DNA of 55,816 nucleotides from an uncultured Rhizobium sp. Lineage in GTDB: Bacteria; Bacteroidota; Bacteroidia; NS11-12g; UBA955. The stretch lies in assembly GCA_964415065.1 (NCBI GenBank), contig CAYPYX010000005.1, positions 1-55,816 of the forward strand, in the 5' to 3' direction. Numbering within the stretch: position 1 is the stretch's first letter; the number at the start of each line of letters is the position of its first letter. Of the stretch, positions 37,327 through 47,032 are shown piece by piece. A program made the position numbers and the translations under genes. The notes below the pieces were generated by a model. That model was not told the origin of the DNA. It did no database searches and saw only the letters and a program-made list of their open reading frames with translations.

Positions 37327-39219
37327 ATGAGTGACGCAATCAAGCACGAATGTGGGGTGGCATTCATTCGCCTCAAAAAACCCCTAAACTACTACCACGA
37401 AAAATACGGTACCTATTGGTATGGACTGCATAAACTGCAGTTCCTTATGACGAAACAGCTCAATCGCGGACAAGATGGTGCCGGGATCGGTGTGATAAAA
37501 CTCGACCCACACTACGGAGATCGATACTTAGCACGCCAAAGATCCGCCACTAAAACAGCATTGAGCGATATTTTCGACAATGTTGCCTCCGCACTGAAAG
37601 AGATCCCACAAGAATACCAAAACGATCTGGAATACCTGAAAAAACACTATCCCTATGCAGGAGAAATGCTTTTAGGTCACCTTCGTTATGGTACTTATGG
37701 CGGAAATTCAATCGAAAATATTCACCCTTTTCTTCGCCAAAACAACTGGATGGCTCGAAATCTCATGTTGGCTGGTAACTACAACATTACCAATACCGAA
37801 GAGCTTTTTCAACAGTTAATCGAACTAGGACAACAACCCAAAGAAAAGAGTGATAACGTTTTGATGCTTGAAAAAATCGGGCATTTTATTGACGAAGAAA
37901 ATCAACGATTATTCTCCATTTTAAAAGCCCAAGGTTTGAGTAACCTTGAAATAACGGAGAAAATCAAACAGGAAATTTCCATTTCTCGAATTTTAAAACG
38001 CAGCTTCAAGAACATCGATGGTGGTTTCAATATGATTGGTATGCTCGGTCATGGAGATGCTTTTATTATTCGTGATCCTGCCGGAATTCGTCCTTCTCAT
38101 TACTATGCCGACGACGAAGTTGTTGTGGTAGCGAGTGAAAGAGCCGCCATCCAAATGGCATTTAATGTGTATCCTGAAGACGTAAAAGAATTGGGTCCAG
38201 GTAATGCCTTAATTGTTAAAAAAGACGGGTCATTTTCCGAAGAAAATATTATCGAACCTATTGAGCGAAAGAGTTGCAGCTTTGAACGAATATACTTTTC
38301 ACGCGGAAACGATCAATCCATTTATGCGGAACGCAAAGAATTAGGAAGATTATTGGCTAAACCGGTAATGGATTATCTAGGTAATGATTTGGTAAATACC
38401 GTATTTAGCTATGTTCCAAACACCGCTTCAACCAGTTTTTACGGCTTAATTGATGGAATTCATGAAATTCGAAGAACCATTCAAGCTGAAGCTTTAAAAC
38501 AAATAGACGTTCAAAAAAATCCCGAAAAAGTAGACGAAATCCTTTCTTGGCGTCCACGAAGAGAAAAAATCCTCGTTAAAGACGTTAAAATGAGAACCTT
38601 CATCACCAACGACAGTGAACGGGAAGATTTAGTTGGTCACGTTTACGATATTACCTATGGAGTGGTAAAATCGTGGACAGATACCCTGGTTATCATGGAT
38701 GATTCTGTAGTTCGAGGCACAACTTTGAGAACCAGTATTTTGAAAATATTGGATCGTTTAGAACCCAAAAGAATTATACTCGTAAGTTCCGCACCACAAA
38801 TCCGATACCCAGATTGTTACGGCATCGACATGAGTAAATTGGGTGATTTTGCCGCATTCCAAGCTGCAATTTCCATCCATAAAGAACAAGGAAACGAAAA
38901 TCTAATTAAAACTATATACGAAAACGCGAAAGCAGAATTGGAAAAACCCAATCATCTTCAACGAAATGTAGTTAAGGATTTATACGCACCATTGAACGAC
39001 TTGGATATATCTAAACGCGTTGCGGAAATGGTTAAACCCAAAGATATACGATACGAATTCGATATTCTTTTCCAAACTGTTGATAATTTGCATCAGGCTT
39101 GTCCAAATGATACCGGCGATTGGTACTTCACAGGTGATTACCCAACTCCTGGGGGCGTAGCCGTAGCCAATCGAGCTTTTGTATATTTTTACGAAGGAAG
39201 AAAAGAACGAGCGTATTAA
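37327..39219 (+). CDS. purF: amidophosphoribosyltransferase (long Bacteroidota form)
   Basis: 630 aa. Ntn-type MSDAIKHECGV (Cys after a short propeptide), glutamine amidotransferase class II region and PRTase motif VIMDDSVVRGTT. Confidence 0.85.
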   Translation: MSDAIKHECGVAFIRLKKPLNYYHEKYGTYWYGLHKLQFLMTKQLNRGQDGAGIGVIKLDPHYGDRYLARQRSATKTALSDIFDNVASALKEIPQEYQNDLEYLKKHYPYAGEMLLGHLRYGTYGGNSIENIHPFLRQNNWMARNLMLAGNYNITNTEELFQQLIELGQQPKEKSDNVLMLEKIGHFIDEENQRLFSILKAQGLSNLEITEKIKQEISISRILKRSFKNIDGGFNMIGMLGHGDAFIIRDPAGIRPSHYYADDEVVVVASERAAIQMAFNVYPEDVKELGPGNALIVKKDGSFSEENIIEPIERKSCSFERIYFSRGNDQSIYAERKELGRLLAKPVMDYLGNDLVNTVFSYVPNTASTSFYGLIDGIHEIRRTIQAEALKQIDVQKNPEKVDEILSWRPRREKILVKDVKMRTFITNDSEREDLVGHVYDITYGVVKSWTDTLVIMDDSVVRGTTLRTSILKILDRLEPKRIILVSSAPQIRYPDCYGIDMSKLGDFAAFQAAISIHKEQGNENLIKTIYENAKAELEKPNHLQRNVVKDLYAPLNDLDISKRVAEMVKPKDIRYEFDILFQTVDNLHQACPNDTGDWYFTGDYPTPGGVAVANRAFVYFYEGRKERAY

Positions 39220-39231
39220 TTGAAAAACGTA

Positions 39232-39239
39232 TAAATTTG
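39232..39239 (+). promoter_or_regulatory. putative -7 box TAAATTTG
   Basis: Exact TAnnTTTG ending 4 nt before the frr ATG at 39244. Confidence 0.5.
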
Positions 39240-39243
39240 CAGC

Positions 39244-39804
39244 ATGAGTAGTGTTAACGAAATCATCGAAAATCTGAAATCTCAACTCGAAAAAAACCTT
39301 TCACATACATCCGCTGAATTCCACAGAATCCGCGCTGGTAAAGCATCTCCAGATATGCTTGACTCCGTTTTCGTAGAATACTATGGAGCTCAAACACCTT
39401 TGGCTCAGGTAGCCAATGTTAATACTCCAGATGCAAGAACTCTGATGATTCAGCCTTGGGATAAATCGCTAATTCGTCCAATTGAAACAGCTATCATCAA
39501 TTCAAATTTGGGTTATGCTCCTCAAAATGATGGTGAATTCATTCGTATAAGTATCCCTCCAGTTACTGAAGATCGCCGTAAAGAATTAGTGAAACGCGCA
39601 AAATCCGAGGCAGATAATTCTAAAGTAGGAATTCGCAACTACAGAAAAGATGCAAACGAAAAAATTCGTAAGCTCAAAGCAGATGGTGTTAGCGAAGACG
39701 AAATGGCAGAAGGTGAAGACCGTGTTCAAAAATTAATCGACGCATACATCAAAAAAACCGACGATTTATTTACCAATAAGGAAAAGGAAATCATGACGGT
39801 TTGA
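39244..39804 (+). CDS. frr: ribosome recycling factor
   Basis: 186 aa with FHRIRAGKASPDMLD, IQPWDKS, PPVTEDRRKELVK and RNYRKDAN blocks. Confidence 0.95.
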   Translation: MSSVNEIIENLKSQLEKNLSHTSAEFHRIRAGKASPDMLDSVFVEYYGAQTPLAQVANVNTPDARTLMIQPWDKSLIRPIETAIINSNLGYAPQNDGEFIRISIPPVTEDRRKELVKRAKSEADNSKVGIRNYRKDANEKIRKLKADGVSEDEMAEGEDRVQKLIDAYIKKTDDLFTNKEKEIMTV

Positions 39805-40948
39805 TCAGGATTTCATTCTTGATCTTTTCCGCCTTCTCCAATAATTCTTCTAAACTCGACGCCGTTACTGTTATATGTCCTAGCTTCCGATCGGGACGTG
39901 TTTCCGTTTTGCCATACATGTGAATATATACATCGTTTCTTTGCTCCCATTCTACAGCATTCGCTAAAAAATATTTACCCGAAATTCCCTCAGGACCCAC
40001 TACATTTATCATGGCACTGGGTTGTAATAATTCTGTAGATCCCAATTCACGCCCTAACAATATTCGATTCAACTGCGCAAATTGGCTGGTAGCACAGCCT
40101 TCTATGGTATGATGTCCACTATTATGTGGCCTTGGAGCCATTTCATTAACCCAAATTTCTCCGTCGGCCGTTATAAATAATTCAACTGCAAAAAGTCCCG
40201 GAGATCCCAAGCTTTTTACGGCTTTCAAAGCAATTTCGCGAGATTGATTCTCTATCTCTTCAGATACCTGAGCCGGCGAATATAAAAATTCAACTAAATT
40301 GCTCTTGGGATTAAAGTACATCTCAATCGAAGGGTACGTTACCATATTGCCCATTTGATCTACCGCCACAATCACCGCCAATTCCAATACATCAGCAACA
40401 AACTGTTCGAGCAAAACTTCGCCCTCAAACGGATAAAGTCCCGATTCCAGATCTGATTTCTGAACGATTTGCACTCCTTTTCCGTCGTAACCACCTGTGC
40501 GTGCCTTAACCACTACTTTGTCGCCCTTTAATTCGTTCAGAATTTCTTTCGGGGGATGGGATTTCGTGTTAACCAAAACAAATGGTGCTGTGGGAATACC
40601 ATGATTTCGATAAAACAACTTCTGAACGCCTTTATCTTGAATGGTTTTCAGTACCGATGGTTTGGGAATAATGATTTTCCCTTCTTTCTCTAATTCCACT
40701 AAAGTATCTACACCTATATGTTCAATTTCCCAAGTAATAACATCTGAAACGGATGCCAATTTTCTTAAATCTACATCATTTTTTAAACTGCCAATCAACA
40801 AATCATCGGCAAATGGCTGGGCTGGACAATCCTCAGAGCCTTCTAAAACGGTGTAATGAACTTCTGGACTATCCAACGATGCTGCTTGTAACAACATCAT
40901 TCCCAATTGTCCGCCACCTATGATTCCGATGTTTTTTGGAGTTTGCAT
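39791..40948 (-). CDS. purK: 5-(carboxyamino)imidazole ribonucleotide synthase
   Basis: 385 aa. N-terminal IGIIGGGQLGMM, ATP-grasp core, and EMAPRPHNSGHHT and RKLGHIT blocks. Confidence 0.9.
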   Translation of the reverse strand: MQTPKNIGIIGGGQLGMMLLQAASLDSPEVHYTVLEGSEDCPAQPFADDLLIGSLKNDVDLRKLASVSDVITWEIEHIGVDTLVELEKEGKIIIPKPSVLKTIQDKGVQKLFYRNHGIPTAPFVLVNTKSHPPKEILNELKGDKVVVKARTGGYDGKGVQIVQKSDLESGLYPFEGEVLLEQFVADVLELAVIVAVDQMGNMVTYPSIEMYFNPKSNLVEFLYSPAQVSEEIENQSREIALKAVKSLGSPGLFAVELFITADGEIWVNEMAPRPHNSGHHTIEGCATSQFAQLNRILLGRELGSTELLQPSAMINVVGPEGISGKYFLANAVEWEQRNDVYIHMYGKTETRPDRKLGHITVTASSLEELLEKAEKIKNEILIKPS

Positions 40949-40952
40949 AGTG

Positions 40953-40960
40953 CAAAATTA
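40953..40960 (-). promoter_or_regulatory. putative -7 box TAATTTTG (minus strand)
   Basis: Reverse complement of CAAAATTA, ending 4 nt before the purK ATG at 40948. Confidence 0.5.
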
Positions 40961-40987
40961 AGATGTAATTTCGTATCTTCGAATAAT

Positions 40988-42286
40988 ATGGCAGACCCCC
41001 TCTCGGTACCCCTATTGCAAATTGCAGTCCAATCACCCAACCTAAATAACTGGCTTACTGTTGTTTTATGCCTAATTACCATTGGTTTTTTTTCGGGAAT
41101 GGAAATAGCATTTATTTCTGCAAACAAACTTAGAATTGAATTAAAAAGTAAAAAAGGCAGCTTGGGAGGTAAAGCATTAGCACGGTACATAAAAAAGCCC
41201 AACGAATTTATTAGCATAGTTTTAGTAGCAACAAATTTGGCCTTAGTTGTTTATGGAATTGCGATGGGCGATATCTTTAACTACTACTTAACCCAGTTTT
41301 TTGATAGTACTGTAATTGTTTTTTTATTAACCACTATACTTTCTACCTTACTAGTGCTCATAACAGCGGAGTACATCCCTAAAACATTATTTAAACTTCA
41401 AGCTGATAGCCTGATTTTTGCATTCGCACCGGCATTTCGAGTAGCCCATGTTCTGTTGTGGCCTTTGATTTTATTGACCAAATTTCTTTCATCATTGGTA
41501 TTGCGCGTATTTACAAAAACAGAAGTTACAGAAGAAACACCTGTTTTCTCTAAAGTAGATCTAGATAATTATATCAGTTCCATTGAAAATTCAAATACGT
41601 CAGATAATCAAGAAATCGACACCGAAGCTTTTCGGAATGCACTGGACTTTTCAGATGTCGTTGCAAAAGATTTGATGATTCCGAGAACCGAAATTATTGC
41701 TTTGGATGTAACTACGCCTTTAGAGGTTCTCAAACAAAAATTTATTGAAACTCAATTATCTCGAATTCTAATTTTTCGAAATTCAATTGAAAACATCATT
41801 GGATTTGTACATCACAGCGATCTATTTCATCATCCCGAAAAAATATCCAGTATTTTGCATCCCGTTATCCTGGTTAGCGAAACCTTAGAAGCCCACGATT
41901 TATTACGTCGATTCATACAGGAACGCAAAAGTTTGGCCGTAGTGGTCGATGAATTTGGAGGCACCGCAGGTATTGCTACCATTGAAGATGTTATCGAAGA
42001 GATTTTTGGTGAAATTAAAGATGAATTCGATACCGAAGATGCTAATGAAGTTGTACTAGGTGAAAATCACTATCGCTTCTCATCTCGATTGGAAATTGAC
42101 TATCTAAATGAAAAATACGGTTTGCATTTAACCGAAGGTGATTACAACACCCTTGGAGGTTTTATTATTTACTTCGCCGAACGAATTCCTTCTACGGGGG
42201 ATGTTGTTCGCCATGAAAATTTGGAATTTACCATTCGTAAAATGAAGGGTGCAAAAATTGAAGAAGTAGAAATGAAAGTGTATTAA
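40988..42286 (+). CDS. CNNM/hemolysin-family membrane protein (DUF21 + CBS pair + CorC_HlyC; GldE/CorB-like)
   Basis: I set the start at ATG 40988 (MADPLSVPLL...) because the longer ORF overlaps purK and its promoter. Four N-terminal TM segments, CBS pair (VAKDLMIPRTEI..., SLAVVVDEFGGTAGIATIEDVIEEI) and a C-terminal transporter-associated domain. Confidence 0.8.
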   Translation: MADPLSVPLLQIAVQSPNLNNWLTVVLCLITIGFFSGMEIAFISANKLRIELKSKKGSLGGKALARYIKKPNEFISIVLVATNLALVVYGIAMGDIFNYYLTQFFDSTVIVFLLTTILSTLLVLITAEYIPKTLFKLQADSLIFAFAPAFRVAHVLLWPLILLTKFLSSLVLRVFTKTEVTEETPVFSKVDLDNYISSIENSNTSDNQEIDTEAFRNALDFSDVVAKDLMIPRTEIIALDVTTPLEVLKQKFIETQLSRILIFRNSIENIIGFVHHSDLFHHPEKISSILHPVILVSETLEAHDLLRRFIQERKSLAVVVDEFGGTAGIATIEDVIEEIFGEIKDEFDTEDANEVVLGENHYRFSSRLEIDYLNEKYGLHLTEGDYNTLGGFIIYFAERIPSTGDVVRHENLEFTIRKMKGAKIEEVEMKVY

Positions 42287-42301
42287 TACATCAAATCGAG
42301 A

Positions 42302-43189
42302 TTAATCTACTTTATACGAATCTATGGTGTAAGCTCCAATTACACCAAATACACTTCCTAAATTCCCTTGAACCCGCGTAGGTGTTTGAATGATTGAACT
42401 CTGTTGCCATAAATGAGCATTTCTCGAGTTATAATAACTAAACAAGTCTTCACAGATATTCTCAATAAAGATGGTTGTGGATAGTATTAACTCATTTCCT
42501 TTCAAATTTGGAACTCGCTCGTATACTACAAAATCGCTCTTCAAACCGTTAAATGTTTCATCAGAAAATAAAATTTCCTTGGTGGCATAACTGTTGTAAA
42601 TGTTTCGCACAAAAGGGAGTTCATCGCCTGCAATGGAAATGTGTTCAACAAAATCCATACTATCTCCATTATCTAAATAGCGTCTTCGATTTTGCTTCAA
42701 ATAAATACGATAAAAGTTATCGGTGTAGGCACTGTCCTTGAAGGTAATACGATATGCTCGAGTAGGTCCCACAAAACCTATAGTAGTATTATACTTCACC
42801 ACTTTTTGTATTTTAAGAGAATTTGGAACCTTAATTCGCTTGGAAATTTTTCCAGAAGCCACCGTAATATCCACCAAAACGCTATCGTTAAAATTCACTT
42901 CACAGTTTGCCTTGTATTTGCCCGAATTTCTACCCAAAAGAGACCAACGTTTGCCTTTGTTCGAATTAAATAACTCAACCACGGCATCGTCAATAAACTG
43001 TGTCGGTTCCGTTATTCCACTCACTCTACCTACTTGAACTGAAGCCATGCTATCCGGACAAATAAAGGCATGTACAAATAAGGCTTGTATTTTGGGGATG
43101 TTATCCCCACCATCTATTTTCCGCACACACGAAGTATTGCATAACATCACTCCAAAAATCATCCATATCGTTTTAAAAAGGGTACTCAT
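42302..43189 (-). CDS. lipoprotein partner of the upstream TonB-dependent receptor (DUF4249-like)
   Basis: MSTLFKTIWMIFGVMLCNTSC lipobox from ATG 43189. Two further in-frame ATGs at 43210 and 43231 lie inside a 21-bp tandem repeat. Same gene order as the 12642-15952 pair. Confidence 0.5.
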   Translation of the reverse strand: MSTLFKTIWMIFGVMLCNTSCVRKIDGGDNIPKIQALFVHAFICPDSMASVQVGRVSGITEPTQFIDDAVVELFNSNKGKRWSLLGRNSGKYKANCEVNFNDSVLVDITVASGKISKRIKVPNSLKIQKVVKYNTTIGFVGPTRAYRITFKDSAYTDNFYRIYLKQNRRRYLDNGDSMDFVEHISIAGDELPFVRNIYNSYATKEILFSDETFNGLKSDFVVYERVPNLKGNELILSTTIFIENICEDLFSYYNSRNAHLWQQSSIIQTPTRVQGNLGSVFGVIGAYTIDSYKVD

Positions 43190-43248
43190 CTCCCAAAATC
43201 GAACTCTCATCTCTCGAAATCGACCTCTCATCCCCCGCGAAAGAGAAA
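43186..43248. repeat. 21-bp tandem repeat, about 3 copies
   Basis: CTCATCTCCCAAAATCGAACT / CTCATCTCTCGAAATCGACCT / CTCATCCCCCGCGAAAGAGAA. Each copy carries CAT, which is an in-frame ATG on the minus strand. Confidence 0.75.
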
Positions 43249-43287
43249 AATACAGGACTCGATATAATGATATCAATTTCATACTAT

Positions 43288-46047
43288 TTACAAATCAATA
43301 TGGTAACTTACAAACGGTAAAATTGGGAGTAAGCTAACCTGAAATTGCGCTCTATTGCCTTTTTCATCCAAACCAATGTTGATATAAAATGGATTCATCC
43401 GGTTGTACATATTATACACTCCGAAAGTCCAACTTTGATTAAACTTTACACTTTTTTTCACATATCTAAATGAAATATCTAAACGATGATTATCGCGACT
43501 CCTTGCGTTGTTTCGATCTTTATAAATTAAGATGTCTCGGGCTGGATCTGTGCTGGTAGGAGAAGGAAAAACACCCACTGGAATCGTATAAGCGAAGCCC
43601 GAGTTATAGACCCAACTTCCGCTTACGTTCCATCTAGGATTTATTCGATAATTTGCAACTAAGTATACATTGTGTCTTCGATCATATCGGGAGGGAAATG
43701 CAATTCCGTTATTTATCTCTGCAAATATTCGATCACTTTTCATCCATGTATAAGATATCCAACCTGTAAGACTACCTTTAGTTTTTTCAAACTGAGTTTC
43801 AATTCCTTTTGCTACGCCTTTGCCTGCGGTAACAGAACTCTCCCAATTTCGGTTGGAAGTAACATAAACAGCATCGTTATTATACTCAAGAATATTATCA
43901 AATTCGCGATAAAATGCTTCCGTATTCCATTGATAATTCTTACTTAATTTCACGGAAGTACCAATAGAACCTTGTGTAGCCTTTGCCGGTTTAAACAACG
44001 TTGTAGAAGGCACCCAAAGGTCCGATGGTAAACCCATTGTTATGTTGTTCAACTGGTGGAAAAACTGTCGATTTACACTACCTGCAAATTTCATCCAAAC
44101 TCCTTCACTCATTTTGAACCGAGCGTTGAATCGAGGCTCTGGAAGTACGTAGTATTGACCCTTGCCTAATCCGTAGTATACATTTCTAATTCCAAGTTCA
44201 AAGAAACCCCATTTTCCTCCCACATAATTCAAGGAAGCATACGAATAAATTTCAGGGGTGTTTTGTGCATCGTCTTGAAATACGAATTCGGTCTTAACAC
44301 TATCTAATTCATTTAGAAGTTTTCTGCGATTGGGTTGAAATTGATGATAAATAAAACCTGCTCCTAATCGCATTTTCCAACCTTGTGATATGCTCTTTTC
44401 ATAGTGAAGCGAAGTTTCAATGTCGTGTAAACCATTAGATAGCTCATAGTTGGAGCGTTCAACCGATTCTGTTTCCGACTCATCAAAAATGGTACTTGAA
44501 AACAAACGATTGTTCGCATATTTATACGTTGTATAATATGCTTTGAAATAGATGTTTGACGTAGGACTACTCATATAATCCCATCGAAAACTCAATAAAT
44601 CATTGCCCCATCTCGATGCATCTACAGAACGCTGTATCAAACGATTTGGTGTTTTATCAATTACACTTCGTTGAACCAAACCAGCATAATCTTGTCCCGA
44701 ATACCCCGATAAAACAATTCTACTTTTCGGATTAAAGCGATGATTGATCTTAAAATTAATATCCCAGAAATTATATCGATTGATGAGATCACCATCCGAA
44801 AAATTTGCCACTTTATTGATAGGATCTACCAGATAATCAAAAAAACTACGGCGTCCAGAAATAACAAAAGTGGTTCTTTTACTAAACAAGGGGCCAGAAG
44901 CTAAAAATCGACTGGATAAAATACCCACATCCAAACTAGCATTGATTTTATTTGAATTTCCATCGATAGAATGTACTTCAACCACACTGCTTAATCTACC
45001 ACCGTGTTCTGCTGGAAAGGAACCGCGATAAAATTGTGCGTTTTTTATAATATCGGCATTGAAAATACCGAATACACCATACATGTGATAAGCATTATAC
45101 AAAGGAACATCATCCAGTAAAACTAAATTTTGATCGGAAGCGCCACCGCGAACATACATACCAAAAACTCCTTCGCTTCCTGAAACAACCCCTGGATTCA
45201 TGCTGAAAACACGCATAACATCCGGCTCTCCCAATAAGTGAGGAATATTTTTCAATTGGCTGCCATTAATAGACATTTCATCGGTCTTGCCAAATTCCGC
45301 AGCAGGCAAATTTCTATCTTTTTGAACCTGCACTATTGCCGGTTGAATTTGTTCTATTTCTGGCTTTAATTGAATATCGAGAAAATACGTTTTGCCTGGT
45401 GTGATGGAAATCAACGTGTCAAGTTGGGTTAAATATCCTGGATAATTAATGGAATAAATACATGTTTTTGAATGCGGAATCCGAAGTTGGAATATACCTT
45501 GTGAGTTGCTATATACCACTTTTGATGAACCAATAACCGCCACAGTGGCATTTACAATTCGCTCACCACTCATTTGATTACTGATTCTACCACTAATAAC
45601 AACCTCTTTAGAATACAGTTCCCACGGTTTTAAAATTACAGAATTACCCATTAATTCAAAATCCAAACCATTCTGATGAAAGAAATCTTTTAAAATGGTT
45701 TCCACCAAAATATTCCTATAGTTTAACCTATACAAGCGTTTGGAAGGAATAAGAGCCGTATTATATTGAAATTTTAAACCAGTTTTTCGTTCCAACAAAA
45801 TCAACACCACTTCAAATTCCATTCCTTCATAGATAAAATCGATGCGTTGTTTTAACACAGAAGGTTGTTCAGGATCTGGCTTTGGGGCGATGGATAAACG
45901 GGTATAATCCCCGTAATTACAATAATCACCGATAATGTCTCGATCTAAATGAGTGAATAGCTTTCCAAATTCCATAGAAAAGGCAGATGCTGGTAAAAAA
46001 CCGAGCACCCAAACCAAATATTTGAATGGGGAAAACTTACTCAACAA
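43288..46047 (-). CDS. TonB-dependent receptor with N-terminal STN-like signalling domain and CarboxypepD_reg-like domain
   Basis: 919 aa. TTG start gives signal peptide FKYLVWVLGFLPASAFS. STN-like RIDFIYEGMEFEVVLILLERKTGLKFQY...LDFELMGNSVILKP. CarboxypepD_reg VVISGRISNQMSGERIVNATV. Plug blocks GEPDVMRVF, YVRGGASDQNLVLLDD and GGRLSSVVEV are paralogous to 12642-15002. Confidence 0.82.
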   Translation of the reverse strand: MLSKFSPFKYLVWVLGFLPASAFSMEFGKLFTHLDRDIIGDYCNYGDYTRLSIAPKPDPEQPSVLKQRIDFIYEGMEFEVVLILLERKTGLKFQYNTALIPSKRLYRLNYRNILVETILKDFFHQNGLDFELMGNSVILKPWELYSKEVVISGRISNQMSGERIVNATVAVIGSSKVVYSNSQGIFQLRIPHSKTCIYSINYPGYLTQLDTLISITPGKTYFLDIQLKPEIEQIQPAIVQVQKDRNLPAAEFGKTDEMSINGSQLKNIPHLLGEPDVMRVFSMNPGVVSGSEGVFGMYVRGGASDQNLVLLDDVPLYNAYHMYGVFGIFNADIIKNAQFYRGSFPAEHGGRLSSVVEVHSIDGNSNKINASLDVGILSSRFLASGPLFSKRTTFVISGRRSFFDYLVDPINKVANFSDGDLINRYNFWDINFKINHRFNPKSRIVLSGYSGQDYAGLVQRSVIDKTPNRLIQRSVDASRWGNDLLSFRWDYMSSPTSNIYFKAYYTTYKYANNRLFSSTIFDESETESVERSNYELSNGLHDIETSLHYEKSISQGWKMRLGAGFIYHQFQPNRRKLLNELDSVKTEFVFQDDAQNTPEIYSYASLNYVGGKWGFFELGIRNVYYGLGKGQYYVLPEPRFNARFKMSEGVWMKFAGSVNRQFFHQLNNITMGLPSDLWVPSTTLFKPAKATQGSIGTSVKLSKNYQWNTEAFYREFDNILEYNNDAVYVTSNRNWESSVTAGKGVAKGIETQFEKTKGSLTGWISYTWMKSDRIFAEINNGIAFPSRYDRRHNVYLVANYRINPRWNVSGSWVYNSGFAYTIPVGVFPSPTSTDPARDILIYKDRNNARSRDNHRLDISFRYVKKSVKFNQSWTFGVYNMYNRMNPFYINIGLDEKGNRAQFQVSLLPILPFVSYHIDL

Positions 46048-46105
46048 ACTAATATCCTTTTAATTGCACTACAAAACGGGAATATAATCAATTCTATTGG
46101 GATTA

Positions 46106-46909
46106 TTACTTCGCCGAATTCTTATCAGCGTAATCAAAAGCCTTTTTTAAAATCTCCGAAGTACGAGCAACCGGATCTTTTCTAATCGTATTTTCTTGTT
46201 TTTCAATTTCTTGAAATAAAGCAACAGTTGCTTTTTCAGTAACATACTTATTCAAATCGGGTTGAATATCTGCACTCAAACCCAATAACTTTTTGTTTTT
46301 ATTAATTTGGGTTACTACAGGTGTCCAACTCTTTGATACTGCTACTTCGTCTAAAGCCTTTTTTACTTCGGGTAAAAATAATTCCTGAAGTTGACTTTCA
46401 GATGTACTCTTCAAATAGGCCGTTGCAGCTCCTTGCCCTCCTGTTAATATTTTCATTGCATCCGCAAAACTCATTTCAGTAATGGCTTTCTTAAACACAG
46501 GAACCGCCAAAGCCATTGACTTTTCAGCTCCTTTGTTCATTGCCACAATTACATTATCTAAGTCTTTTCCAATCAACGTGTTCAACATTACGTTGTTTCG
46601 GATTTTTTGTTCCACATTTTGTACCTCTGGTGGCAATAATATTTTTAATGCTGCATTATTCAAAAATGCGCCATTTTGACCTAATACACCTGTTCCCTTC
46701 ATTACCCCATCAACCAATGCTTCTTTTAATCCACCAGCCGCCTCATCAGAAGTTAACTTCGGAATTGCAGGTTTTGAAGCAATTTGCACTTGTTGATTTA
46801 CCGCTTCTTGAGCTACATTCATGGCTTGTTGCTTTACTGCATCGCATCCAATCAATGTAATTAATCCAATTCCAGCAAAAGTTAAAAATGGAGATATTTT
46901 CATTTTCAT
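46106..46909 (-). CDS. DUF4197-family lipoprotein
   Basis: MKMKISPFLTFAGIGLITLIGC lipobox. Blocks GLKEAL..G, LKILLPPEVQ, MNKGAEKS, MSFADAMKILTGGQGAATAYL. The start is set at ATG 46909 because a TATATTTG box overlaps the ORF-track TTG start. Confidence 0.7.
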   Translation of the reverse strand: MKMKISPFLTFAGIGLITLIGCDAVKQQAMNVAQEAVNQQVQIASKPAIPKLTSDEAAGGLKEALVDGVMKGTGVLGQNGAFLNNAALKILLPPEVQNVEQKIRNNVMLNTLIGKDLDNVIVAMNKGAEKSMALAVPVFKKAITEMSFADAMKILTGGQGAATAYLKSTSESQLQELFLPEVKKALDEVAVSKSWTPVVTQINKNKKLLGLSADIQPDLNKYVTEKATVALFQEIEKQENTIRKDPVARTSEILKKAFDYADKNSAK

Positions 46910-46930
46910 GTTTTTAAAATTAAAGTTGCC

Positions 46931-46938
46931 CAAATATA
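46931..46938 (-). promoter_or_regulatory. putative -7 box TATATTTG (minus strand)
   Basis: Reverse complement of CAAATATA, 21 nt upstream of ATG 46909. Confidence 0.5.
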
Positions 46939-47032
46939 CACACGGAAAAACGCTTTTTACCGTCTATTCAGTCAAAAAAAACCATGCATTCATCGTATTT
47001 TCGTAGATAATATTGTTCATTTTATCCAATTC

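Noticed and set aside
39791-39804. 14-nt convergent overlap of the frr and purK 3' ends, and the 15-nt metH/peroxidase convergent gap at 23453-23467.
   Set aside because: Short 3' overlaps of convergent genes are common in compact genomes. No structure or motif is visible in them. I noted them only as an absence of room for terminators.
43189-43282. The Arg-rich MRGRFREMRVRFWEM extension read as a possible twin-arginine (Tat) signal.
   Set aside because: There is no S/T-R-R-x-F-L-K consensus (the arginines are not adjacent). The sequence is simply the translation of a 21-bp DNA repeat. The downstream lipobox signal peptide is Sec/SPII-like.
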